Of a stretch of 64,000 nt of DNA, positions 18,201 through 26,090 are shown in pieces. Position 1 is the first letter of the stretch; the number at the start of each line of letters is the position of its first letter. The notes under the pieces are model-generated. The model was not told the DNA's origin. It made no database searches and worked only from the letters and a program-made list of their open reading frames with translations. The position numbers and the translations under genes are program-made. The stretch is from Clostridium sp. CAG:524 (GTDB lineage Bacteria > Bacillota_I > Bacilli_A > RF39 > UBA660). The DNA lies in the NCBI GenBank assembly GCA_000434555.1, contig FR880111.1, positions 2,161 through 66,160 of the forward strand, read 5' to 3'.

Positions 18201-19596
18201 AAAGACATTCCCATCAAATGTAAAAGATTATATTTATCCAACTGGATATATTATTGGTAGTTATAAATATGGAGCACTACCATACGATATAGGTGAATAT
18301 AGTGTACGTGAAGTAACACTAAAAAATATGTATAATGCAGACGTAACAGGTTGGGAAATAATAGAATATCATGGACCGGATATAACTTCAACATTTGAAA
18401 TACCAAATACAATTACCGCAGGTGGTCAAAACTTAGATGTTGTATCAATTGGTACTTATGCTTATTATGGAGTAGATGTACAAACTGGAGAAAGATGGAT
18501 AGTAAATCTACCTAATAGTGTCGTATTAATAGGTGATTATGCATTCTATAAAACAGATGTTACAAGAGTATCTGGAAATCAAATAACAAGACTTGGTAAA
18601 TATTCATTCGCTGATTGTGAAAAACTTACTAATGCAATATTTAATAGTGTTGTAATAGCCGATGATTATTGTTTATATAGTTGTGGAGCTATATCATATA
18701 TTCAATTTGGTACAGGTACTACTTCTATCAATGATTATGCATTATATAACCCATATCAAGGTGGACCAAATACAACACTTAGTATGCAAGTAAGTTCAGT
18801 TCCTACAACAGCGTCAACTGCACTACCAGAATATGAAACTGTACTTTTTGGTATATTCTATAGATCACATTTTACATATTCAGTTCCATCATCAGTATTA
18901 AGCGATTTCGAAAGTACTACACCATGGAGATATCATAATTCATCAAGTGCTCAATACTCTTCTGACTTCTTATATATACTTGATAATAATAATCAAATAA
19001 GAATAACATCATACACAGGAAATAATAATACTGTTACAATACCAGATACACTAGATGTAAATGGAGTAAGTAGAAGAGTTACTAATATAGCACCAGATGC
19101 TTTTGATGGTAACAACTATGTTAGAAACTTAACACTTCCAGCTTACTTAAGTGAAATACCTGGTGGATTCTTAGATGGTAATACAGAAATAACTAATATA
19201 TATGTAAGTGCTAATAATACATCATTTACATCAGTTAATGGAGTATTATTTGATAAAGATGAAACAACATTAATAAGATATCCTAATGGAAAAGGAAGTC
19301 AAAATTATACTGTACCAAATACTGTTAAAACAATTGCTTATAGAGCATTTGCTAATCAAACAAATTTATATACTATAAGAATGGGTAATAGTTTAGAAAG
19401 TATAGGTGCTTATGCATTTACAGGATGTACTAATTTAGCTACTTATACATTCTATACAGATGTACCTAAATTAACAGCTTATGCAACATTTGAAAAAGTA
19501 TATAATTTAAATATATATGTACCAACAAACTACTATAACAACTATAATACAGATGTATATTTCAAACGATATAATAGTTACTTAGTAGAGAATTAG
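12268..19596 (+). CDS. Giant (2442 aa) surface adhesin: long N-terminal membrane region with SipW-type motif, TasA-like segment, BspA-type leucine-rich repeat blocks, CBM-like beta-sandwich inserts
   Basis: Two hydrophobic segments are present, and the second ends in FLIYDTYSWFYNEY. VEIKNTGSLNLDYNLTF is TasA-family-like. There are many BspA/TpLRR-type repeats (IGDYAFYNCPQLGRVWF, IGSYAFKHT, IGNYAFFNN, IGAYAFTGCTNL). CBM2/3-like inserts are GGTLTITNNMDTAVTDWTVRLALPDGVTWGSTY and YTCTVTVRNNTGHELSNWTTSIHLGNVSF. Confidence 0.8.
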   Translation: MKDSINKIYNAIINYIIDFFHVFKKRFNKFKRKTKRKLRKLYYYEILGVIAVSVYFYRFLCKIYKKPIFKKFRNKSKLLYKKSLVKLEKAKYDYETYLLEIRYDTKDKMDNVKNKYSKYCTKRILAKSFVLIALSVFLIYDTYSWFYNEYVSKGTKISLGTVEHIVNQYDKNGNLIGIEGDIVTVVEEDNLANTFKNTRYVEIKNTGSLNLDYNLTFTLDGTMSNAGVLYYRVIDITEDVINTTITSGSNTKLEAYAKNNPTPNNLETDAVNPVSNMTTIPQVLIKGEIDKDEDNLENNYRYFRIDYGMYQSVNSALYSGASVAVHAKVYCTQRGIDASLINEGQIWLVENEEQFRDAVLNALSGDTIKLADDITINGSVDLQRRVGIDVDTYNLHVTGDLVYDFVELGKLKIDTSKGGKIDVDSRLYVNAPKSQIHFTGLNKDYDIFVGGEFTVNGIQNEEEDGVLLEAVRIVKNKIGNIPADIIVLSNTRLTIAPNVELNYVIGAPGSTNIEILNNGTITQIQLQDMNLIDSFSKYQIYIYNLNTILGVLGGSSIILPSNSTPYTGPNTGNTLIIRGVSSNDITVSGSDHYTGDDINQGAPEDSVVPIQGEVDSYYVYIRDNKETLEGLLKAYFDEIDAATTTDKITAIKKLVIYTLNQAYFENDDFNYIASDAMPNIEYLGLQNATISDNKTINKIASNTLKDKTSIKTLILSKTLTTIGDNAFANVNLGRISTNRTFRFLSIPSSVTSIGSGAFKNAKYVNFEGQIPPSVASGAFNNVSNGTKFFVPEGAITAYRDANNINEAYIYYAATLSDNKRYFLYDYKDGYGISYFINSVSVGSNLTIPNTITMNSITKDITALGYNSYRNLITPATGTSVVIPNTVKLIDSYAFYEDNIIDINLSNVEIINSYAFYKTKLTKLESNTITTIGDYTFYENPITYISLGKIEKIGKYAFTNNTTLYEMDLGPVKSIGDYAFYNCPQLGRVWFRNMTTVVVNNGKSIDLTVGENAVFTNWGMYLDGRLRVYVPDGNDSEGFNYLEGYKKLFQGSSAFIYPMGTIIGNYKHVAIPYDWGEYSVKTVTKKNGAGNDVTAYEIIEYHGADLTSSYQLPDIITVGDGLSASISGNSWQQGTGYRYGGTLTITNNMDTAVTDWTVRLALPDGVTWGSTYTNAVENIDGNIVTLSNATYNGTINPNSSINISFYYDTISQSLSASILSTYSSSTPIMNIISIGKYAYRHTISKENQTIDLVANNLLNIDAHGLENISVKSLTSSSLVSIGDYGLYNTALQIVTLPNLNSLGNYAMSGMDTLYSVNLGNIRVMGENAISNNPNLEQVFIGTTDTDNMSVHSTAMSNIGANTNNRLRIYVPDTKLDFYKTLFSTYSDYIYPTGTIVGSFVNTPIPFDIGEYSVREITVKDRNNNDVTGYEIIEYHGPDISNTFMIPETVTINGEQKDIISIGSYAFKHTKVNGTGSDIINNKLLVINDHAFENIKAINSFTSNSLLDLKSYAFNNGSLISVNTPNLRSIGSYALANMNGLYKINLGKVYNMEANSVYNLPNLVQIFFTPPEETKVFDQYAFTDVGTLTSNRIRFYVAESVISSETQIPTTTAINVTDTCNRTLTNRRYTYTCTVTVRNNTGHELSNWTTSIHLGNVSFQSATDVSYENSSSSVKFTNTSANGNLANGESTTFTFVVRSNNNYSAWTYLNNHLFDSTGTYYTTNTTTKNDYLTDIYANSFRTEYKDYFYDYGTILGDYSSSSMPYNIGEYSVILRDHTTKSGETVTGWEIVEYHGANLNSRYIIPTSLTVDDKTYDVIGIGDRAYRWATMDSGGQFDIVTTSIRYVYEYAFYNLNGVHEINLPNTDFIGNYAFFNNKLYKATTTSLIELGAYAYANNTSLNYVNAGPVTSIGEGAFYGCIGMEQMFFTSTEADSGASGMKIGVGVNSFYNVGTTLGKRFRIYVPDGTIGTSDVTYQEAYKKTFPSNVKDYIYPTGYIIGSYKYGALPYDIGEYSVREVTLKNMYNADVTGWEIIEYHGPDITSTFEIPNTITAGGQNLDVVSIGTYAYYGVDVQTGERWIVNLPNSVVLIGDYAFYKTDVTRVSGNQITRLGKYSFADCEKLTNAIFNSVVIADDYCLYSCGAISYIQFGTGTTSINDYALYNPYQGGPNTTLSMQVSSVPTTASTALPEYETVLFGIFYRSHFTYSVPSSVLSDFESTTPWRYHNSSSAQYSSDFLYILDNNNQIRITSYTGNNNTVTIPDTLDVNGVSRRVTNIAPDAFDGNNYVRNLTLPAYLSEIPGGFLDGNTEITNIYVSANNTSFTSVNGVLFDKDETTLIRYPNGKGSQNYTVPNTVKTIAYRAFANQTNLYTIRMGNSLESIGAYAFTGCTNLATYTFYTDVPKLTAYATFEKVYNLNIYVPTNYYNNYNTDVYFKRYNSYLVEN

Positions 19597-19616
19597 AAGT
19601 AGAAATACTTCTTTTT
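19596..19616 (+). terminator. Rho-independent terminator ending locus A
   Basis: The sequence is gaagta-gaaa-tacttc followed by ttttt. Confidence 0.6.
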
Positions 19617-19702
19617 CATTGAAAAAATGTTTTAAAATATTTTCATTTGTTCGCTTTTAATAATATATCTTAAATGTTATAATGATTAAGAGGTAAAGAA
19701 AT

Positions 19703-21781
19703 ATGACATTAAATGATAAACAATTAGAAGCAGTAAATCACACTGAAGGACCTTGCTTAGTACTTGCAGGGGCTGGTAGTGGTAAAACAAGAGTACTAAC
19801 TGAAAGAATAATTAAATTAATAGATGATGGAGTAAGTCCTTATAATATACTAGCTATAACATTTACTAATAAAGCAGCTAAAGAAATGAGAGTAAGAGTT
19901 CAAAATAAAATAGGTGATGTAGCAAATTCAATATTTATTGGTACATTTCATTCTTTTGGACTTAGAATATTAAGAGAAAACTATGATGCGATAGGTTATT
20001 CATCAAATATAACTATACTTGATACAGATGATACTAAATCATTAATAAAAAGAATATTAAAAGAGAATAGTTTTGATCCAGCTGATTATGATATAAAACA
20101 TATTATAAGTAAGATAAGTAGTGCTAAAAATGATGGAATAAGTCCACTTGAATTTTCTAAATTATTTTTAAATGAACACGATAAAGTTATAGGTCTTGTT
20201 TATGAAAAATATTTAAAATTATTAAAAGAAAATAATTCAGTTGATTTTGATGACTTATTATTAAAACCAGTTGAAATATTTAAGAAAAGAAAAGATATAT
20301 TAGAAAAATATCAAGAAAGATTTAGATATATTTTAGTAGATGAATATCAAGATACTAATAGTATTCAATATGAATTATGTAAGATGCTTGCTAAAAAGTA
20401 TAATAATATCTTTGTAGTAGGCGATGCTAATCAATCAATATATTCGTGGAGAAATGCTGACTATAGAAATATACTTAATTTTGAAAAAGATTATAAGAAT
20501 GCACATGTAGTATTACTTGAAGAAAATTATAGAAGTACAAACACTATATTAAAGGCAGCTAATTCTGTTATTAAGAATAATAATGAAGGAACTAAATTAA
20601 ATCTATGGACTTCTATAGGTGATGGAGAAAAAGTAGAATATATAAGAGTTGAAGACGAAATCAAAGAAAGTAGTTTTGTTATAAATAAGATAAAAGAACT
20701 TGTGAGTGAAGGTTATAGTTATAGTGATTTTGCTGTTCTTTATAGAACTAATGCTCAAAGTAGAACAGTTGAAGAAGCATTTGTTAGAAATAATATTCCA
20801 TATAATATAATTGGTAGTTATTACTTCTATAATAGAAAAGAAATTAAAGATTTAATCGCATATTTAAATTTAATATATAATACTAATGATTCAGTTAGTT
20901 TAGAAAGAGTAATTAATACACCTAAAAGAGGTATTGGTACTAAAACTATTGATAATATACGTGAGAAAGCTAATATGAATGATATTTCATTATTTGATGC
21001 GATAGATAGTGGTAAAGAACTTGAGTTTAAGAAACTTATTCTTGAACTTATTGAAGACTCTAAGACTATGAATCTATCTGATTTAATTGAAGATGTACTT
21101 GTTAAGACAGGACTTAGGCGTGAATACGAACTTGATAAATCTATTGAAAGTGATACTAAAGTAGAAAACTTAAATGAATTTAAGAGTTTAGCAGTTAATT
21201 TTGAAGATAATGGTATTTATGATTTATCAACATTTTTAGAAAATATTATGCTTGTTAGTGATAAAGGTCAATATGCTGAAGATGATAATAATGTTAATAT
21301 TATGACACTTCATTCAGCAAAAGGACTTGAATTTAATATTGTATTTATACTTGGTATGGAAGAAGGTATTTTCCCTCATAGTAGAAGTTTTGAATCAGCA
21401 AAAGAACTTGAAGAAGAAAGAAGACTTTGCTATGTTGGTATAACTCGTGCTAAAAAGAAATTATATTTATTAAGTGCTCGTACAAGAACTTTATATGGTA
21501 GAACAAGTGGCACTATTGAAAGTAGATTTATAAAAGAAATAGATCCAACACTTATAAATATTAAGAATGAAAGTGTAAAGAAAGATGAAAATAAAAAAGT
21601 AAGTAATATGTATAGTAATAAAACTGTAGATGGACTTAAAGCAGGTGATACAGTTATTCATACAATCTTTGGAGAAGGCGTAATTATAAAGATAAGTGGT
21701 GATATTGCTACTATAGCATTTAAATATGGAGTTGGCATTAAGAGTATAGCTGCTAATCATAAATATTTATCTAAAAAGTAA
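19703..21781 (+). CDS. pcrA: ATP-dependent DNA helicase PcrA (UvrD/Rep superfamily 1)
   Basis: Motif I is LVLAGAGSGKTRVLTERI and motif II is YILVDEYQDTN. Also present: VGDANQSIYSWRNA, LEENYRST, TLHSAKGLEF and YVGITRAKKKL. The length is 692 aa. Confidence 0.85.
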   Translation: MTLNDKQLEAVNHTEGPCLVLAGAGSGKTRVLTERIIKLIDDGVSPYNILAITFTNKAAKEMRVRVQNKIGDVANSIFIGTFHSFGLRILRENYDAIGYSSNITILDTDDTKSLIKRILKENSFDPADYDIKHIISKISSAKNDGISPLEFSKLFLNEHDKVIGLVYEKYLKLLKENNSVDFDDLLLKPVEIFKKRKDILEKYQERFRYILVDEYQDTNSIQYELCKMLAKKYNNIFVVGDANQSIYSWRNADYRNILNFEKDYKNAHVVLLEENYRSTNTILKAANSVIKNNNEGTKLNLWTSIGDGEKVEYIRVEDEIKESSFVINKIKELVSEGYSYSDFAVLYRTNAQSRTVEEAFVRNNIPYNIIGSYYFYNRKEIKDLIAYLNLIYNTNDSVSLERVINTPKRGIGTKTIDNIREKANMNDISLFDAIDSGKELEFKKLILELIEDSKTMNLSDLIEDVLVKTGLRREYELDKSIESDTKVENLNEFKSLAVNFEDNGIYDLSTFLENIMLVSDKGQYAEDDNNVNIMTLHSAKGLEFNIVFILGMEEGIFPHSRSFESAKELEEERRLCYVGITRAKKKLYLLSARTRTLYGRTSGTIESRFIKEIDPTLINIKNESVKKDENKKVSNMYSNKTVDGLKAGDTVIHTIFGEGVIIKISGDIATIAFKYGVGIKSIAANHKYLSKK

Positions 21782-21912
21782 ATACAGTGTATATTGACAA
21801 AATATTAACAACTATAAAAATATATTAAATAACGATGAGAATCATTAACTGAGTTACGACTAAAATAGTTAAGTTATATTACTTAACTATTTTAAATATA
21901 AAAAAATATCTT

Positions 21913-22123
21913 TAGAAGAATATAAAGATACAATAGAAGAAGTTTACTGTAAGATAGACAACACATTAGTTCAAGGATTAGAATATGTTAATGGAGACTA
22001 TACTTATAGATATATGAAGCAGTAAGATATAGTACAGGTTCTGACTTAGCATGGAATAATATAGATAAAACATATGCAAGAATAGATAGCAGTATTAACA
22101 AAGGATATTTTACGAAAAAATAA
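21913..22123 (+). pseudogene. Decayed remnant of a DUF285/BspA-type surface-protein paralog (frameshift plus internal deletion)
   Basis: Frame A reads EVYCKIDNTLVQGLEYVNGDYTYRYMKQ*, against YFCKTSDTLTQGLEYVNGQYTYGYMKEG in the 26091 gene. Frame B reads GSDLAWNNIDKTYARIDSSINKGYFTKK*, against SGLAWSNIS ... DKTYARIDGGTSRPGYFTD. The whole repeat region is missing. Confidence 0.6.
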
Positions 22124-22154
22124 AAGGATAGGTATTAAACTATCCTTGTTTTTT
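22124..22154. terminator. Hairpin terminator, possibly bidirectional
   Basis: The sequence is aaggatag-gtattaaa-ctatcctt then g-tttttt. An A-run lies upstream for the minus-strand gene. Confidence 0.55.
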
Positions 22155-22395
22155 AATTGGCTTTATCAACCAAATCCTTATGTTTATGATAGAACTCTAT
22201 AAGAGCATTATCATATTCATCTTTTGACTTTAAAGGTTCATAATATTCTTCATTATCTTTTAAAACTATCTTTTGTATTAATAAATTTCCATCATCATTT
22301 GAATCTACTAAGTAAGCATATTTAACATCACCAATAGTAATAATATCTACTTCATCATACTCTTTACCATCTATTTCCACTGTATTAATTATCAT
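22153..22395 (-). CDS. Small acidic protein, DUF1292-like
   Basis: 80 aa. The pattern EIDGKEYDEV...YAYLVDSNDDGNLLIQKIV...EYYEPLKSKDEYDNALIEF resembles DUF1292 proteins. It overlaps the upstream gene by 4 nt. Confidence 0.45.
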   Translation of the reverse strand: MIINTVEIDGKEYDEVDIITIGDVKYAYLVDSNDDGNLLIQKIVLKDNEEYYEPLKSKDEYDNALIEFYHKHKDLVDKAN

Positions 22396-23141
22396 TTTAA
22401 TCCAACACCTTCTTCTTTTTCTTGTATTTCTTCACTAACAATTTGATCGAATACACTTTGTTCATGTGCATAATGATTTATAGCTGATTGTAAATCAGGA
22501 TTACCTTTTTTATCCACATATCCACGTTTTACTAACCATTCATTTAAAGTATTTATATCTTTAAAATCCTTTTCAGCATAACTTCCTTCTTCAGCATATT
22601 TTTTAATACCAGATATAACTAAATCAATATTTGTTTCACCATTTTGACCAACTTTATTATTTAAATGTTCTCCCATATCTTCACATACTGAAACAAATGT
22701 TATATCAAGTAGTCTATCATCAAGTGATACTAAATCTTTAGCAATACCATCTTGATCATAATAATATGTATTAGCATTTCTTTTAGTATTTTGTGAAACA
22801 ATACCGATATTTGTACTGTCATATCTTGGATTAAAATCATCACCTTTAACGTATACAATAGAACCTACATCTTTACCAAAATCATGTAATGAACCTTTTG
22901 GCGTAATATCAATAGTTCTAGCAGCTAGAGTAATACCACCAGCAGCAACAATAGCAGCAAGAGCAACTATATATCCATTAGGATTTTTCTTTTTTCTTCT
23001 AGGTCTTCTTCTAGTTACACTTGTCATTGTACTTGATTCATAATTATTAACTATTTTCATAGCATCTCTTTCTTTGAACATAGCATTAATGTCACTCATA
23101 TCAATACCATCATCATAACTTTTAAATTTATTATTTGTCAT
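22392..23141 (-). CDS. Membrane-anchored hypothetical protein
   Basis: Basic stretch RRRPRRKKKNPNG is followed by TM YIVALAAIVAAGGITLAA. I recognise no family. Confidence 0.5.
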   Translation of the reverse strand: MTNNKFKSYDDGIDMSDINAMFKERDAMKIVNNYESSTMTSVTRRRPRRKKKNPNGYIVALAAIVAAGGITLAARTIDITPKGSLHDFGKDVGSIVYVKGDDFNPRYDSTNIGIVSQNTKRNANTYYYDQDGIAKDLVSLDDRLLDITFVSVCEDMGEHLNNKVGQNGETNIDLVISGIKKYAEEGSYAEKDFKDINTLNEWLVKRGYVDKKGNPDLQSAINHYAHEQSVFDQIVSEEIQEKEEGVGLK

Positions 23142-23250
23142 ATCTTACCTCTATATAAAATATATAAATAATTTAACAAAAAGTCAATGTTTGTATGTAA
23201 ACTATTTAAAATATATGTTATAATCATAATTAGAATAAAGAGGTTAAAAT

Positions 23251-25845
23251 ATGTTTAAAGAAATGAAAATGAGACAACTTCAAAAACGAGCTAATGCATT
23301 TGTTAATTCTTTAGAAGGTAAAAGTGATAAAGAAGTAGAACAAGCATACTTAGATAATAAAGAATTTACTAATAATGAAATTGTACTTAGTTTTTTATTT
23401 TTTAAACATCCATCATTAATAAGAATATTACCACTTGATTTTCAAAAATCACGTATCAATAGTAATCTTTCAATGTTTAGAAGTGGTAGTAATGAAGCAC
23501 GTAAGTCACTTGTAAGTGACTGGATAAAAGATAATAAATTCTTTATGAATGCTACTAGTATTGGTATGGATGATGAAGAATACAATAACTATTTAAAAAT
23601 ATATTTTAATCAAAAAGAAGATATAGTAAAACTATATATGGATGATTTAAGACGTGTAGTTGAAATATTATATCGTGAAGATGCTCGTGAAACAGAAAAA
23701 ATGATAAGTGAAGAAGCAAGTAAATTCACAACTAGACAATGGGATTTTATTGTAAAAGCAGAACCATCATTAATCAAATATGCCCCTAGTGATGTACAAG
23801 ATAAATATTCACTAGATGAAAAATATATAAAATACATAAGTGGAGATGCAAAGCATAAATATATAGATGAACAAATAAAGAAAATAAAAGATAATAATGA
23901 ATTATTAAATGAAGCACCTATAGATATAAAATGCGAATATATAAATAGATATCCATTTATGATTAACTATATAAGTAGTAATTCACTTATAGAATTATTA
24001 AAATATGATATAAACTTTATTAGATACATCAATATAACATCATTTAAAAGAGAAGAAGATAAAAGCATAGAAATAATATATGAAATACTTTCTAATATAG
24101 AAAATAAAAGTGTAAAAGATATAGTAGATATAATGATAGATAAAGGGCTATTTAATGCCAAAGGTAAAGTATTTAGATATGATCCTAAAAGTAATGATGT
24201 TACATATCAATATACAAAAAGACTAATTAGAATTTTACAAAATCTAAGTATAGAGCAAATAATACCACTAATACAAATAGATTCTAATTATGTTCTTCCA
24301 TATGTAGTACCAGTGTATAATGACAATACTGACTTGCGAGATAAAGAAAAAATAGTCGTTGACGCTGACTTTAGATGTTTAAATTTACTTAAAGCATATT
24401 ATGGAGAAGAAATATACAATAAATATTATAAAGTAGTTAATAAAATATATAATGATTTCTTAGCTAATTTAAATAGTTATGATTATACAAAAGATCACGA
24501 TTCAATATTTGATCTCTTTAAAATACTATTCAATAAAAATATAATATTAAATAATTCATTTGATAAAATAAGTGTATATATAGGTATGTCAATATTTTAT
24601 AAAGGCAAAGAAACTGATAGAACTCGTAAAGTAACAACAAAAGTATTAAATGAACTACTAACTAATGCATATAAAAGAAATGTAAATATAAGTAAACCAT
24701 TATATGATATATCATCATTAGAAATATTTGATGAAAGATTATCATTTATACCATATAACTTACTTAGTGATTTTAATGACTATAATTTTACTAATTTTAG
24801 TACATTATTATATATTGCTAAAAATGAAACTAATGTAAGATTATTTAAATATTATTTAGATATAGTTTTTAGTATATATGGAGAAAACAAAGAATCACTT
24901 TATAGAGCAATAGAAAACTTTACATATTATAAAGAAATAATAAGAGATATTATAGATAAAGATTTAAATGATGAAGAAACTAAAAATCTTATAGATTTAA
25001 TCGCAACATTTGGTAACTTTAATAATATTACTAAAAAGAGTGAACTATCTAGTTATGATTTAACAACAGTAAAAAACTTTGTAAGTGAATTATCAATGCT
25101 TAAAGATACAGATACAAGTATTTATAGTAATTTACTTAGTAATTACTTATTTGGTAAAGCATATGATATACAAGGAAATCATGGCTATTTAGAAATATCA
25201 ACTATAAAACAACTAATTAATATATTTGATATAGAATCATTAGAAAACTTTGAAATAGATGGTTCTAAAGTATTTAATAAAGAAGAAATAGATTTCTATA
25301 CATTATTAATAGTAATGTTTAAAAATATATCTCTTGATATAGTATTTGAATATGTAAATAATTTAATGAATGATAATTATAAAAGAAATATAATGTTTAG
25401 TATCAATTTCTTTAATAAAATAAAAAAATATAAAAGAAATATCATTAATGATAATATTGTTACTATTAATGATATTATAGAACTATATAATGAAAGTCCT
25501 GATGTAGTAAAATATGAAAATAAAAATGGCGTTGATATTTATACAGTAGTAGGTCAAGATTTCAAAGTACTTTGTTCAGCTAATGATGATGGTATTAATT
25601 ATAGATATGTAAATGTATCATCTTTAGGATTAAATTCATATGGTTATGGTAAATTAGTAAATGATTATAGTGTTAGATTTAGTGAAGATAAAGATGGATA
25701 CATCATTAAAGTAAATAAAGATAATAAAGAAAAAATAAATATGAAAGCAGAATCTATAATAGTTGTAGGTAAACTTACTGATGATTTAATTAATATTGCT
25801 AAAACTAATAATTTAAAGATTATTTATGTAGAAGGTAGGTGGTAA
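23251..25845 (+). CDS. Large cytoplasmic hypothetical protein (possible DUF4116-like helical repeats)
   Basis: 864 aa and no TM. Recurring segments such as HPSLIRILPLDFQ, EPSLIKYAPSDVQ and YDINFIRYINITS are present. The family call is weak. Confidence 0.5.
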   Translation: MFKEMKMRQLQKRANAFVNSLEGKSDKEVEQAYLDNKEFTNNEIVLSFLFFKHPSLIRILPLDFQKSRINSNLSMFRSGSNEARKSLVSDWIKDNKFFMNATSIGMDDEEYNNYLKIYFNQKEDIVKLYMDDLRRVVEILYREDARETEKMISEEASKFTTRQWDFIVKAEPSLIKYAPSDVQDKYSLDEKYIKYISGDAKHKYIDEQIKKIKDNNELLNEAPIDIKCEYINRYPFMINYISSNSLIELLKYDINFIRYINITSFKREEDKSIEIIYEILSNIENKSVKDIVDIMIDKGLFNAKGKVFRYDPKSNDVTYQYTKRLIRILQNLSIEQIIPLIQIDSNYVLPYVVPVYNDNTDLRDKEKIVVDADFRCLNLLKAYYGEEIYNKYYKVVNKIYNDFLANLNSYDYTKDHDSIFDLFKILFNKNIILNNSFDKISVYIGMSIFYKGKETDRTRKVTTKVLNELLTNAYKRNVNISKPLYDISSLEIFDERLSFIPYNLLSDFNDYNFTNFSTLLYIAKNETNVRLFKYYLDIVFSIYGENKESLYRAIENFTYYKEIIRDIIDKDLNDEETKNLIDLIATFGNFNNITKKSELSSYDLTTVKNFVSELSMLKDTDTSIYSNLLSNYLFGKAYDIQGNHGYLEISTIKQLINIFDIESLENFEIDGSKVFNKEEIDFYTLLIVMFKNISLDIVFEYVNNLMNDNYKRNIMFSINFFNKIKKYKRNIINDNIVTINDIIELYNESPDVVKYENKNGVDIYTVVGQDFKVLCSANDDGINYRYVNVSSLGLNSYGYGKLVNDYSVRFSEDKDGYIIKVNKDNKEKINMKAESIIVVGKLTDDLINIAKTNNLKIIYVEGRW

Positions 25846-25847
25846 TA

Positions 25848-26015
25848 ATGATAGATAAGATCAAAGATAAAATAAATATTTTAAAAATGGATACCACTAC
25901 CTGTAAAAAATTAATTAATAATTATGTTTCTATAAAGAAAGTACAAGAATTAAATGAGAATAATCCTTCTTTTAAAAAAATAAATGATAAGAAAAAAGAA
26001 GAAATTTATGATTAG
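25848..26015 (+). CDS. Candidate small ORF (55 aa) coupled to the upstream gene
   Basis: Below the ORF-track cutoff. The ATG lies 2 nt after the upstream stop. Translation is MIDKIKDKINILKMDTTTCKKLINNYVSIKKVQELNENNPSFKKINDKKKEEIYD. It is followed by the hairpin gagaga-tgaataa-tctctc. Confidence 0.3.
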   Translation: MIDKIKDKINILKMDTTTCKKLINNYVSIKKVQELNENNPSFKKINDKKKEEIYD

Positions 26016-26075
26016 GAGAGATGAATAATCTCTCTTATTCTACTTTATGAAGATATTTATTTTTAATATGAAATA

Positions 26076-26084
26076 TGCTACAAT
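26076..26084 (+). promoter_or_regulatory. Extended -10 element (TGCTACAAT) placed for a leaderless transcript of the 26091 gene
   Basis: TG at 26076-26077 and TACAAT at 26079-26084. The ATG at 26091 is exactly 7 nt downstream. There is no Shine-Dalgarno sequence upstream. Confidence 0.35.
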
Positions 26085-26090
26085 ATATTT

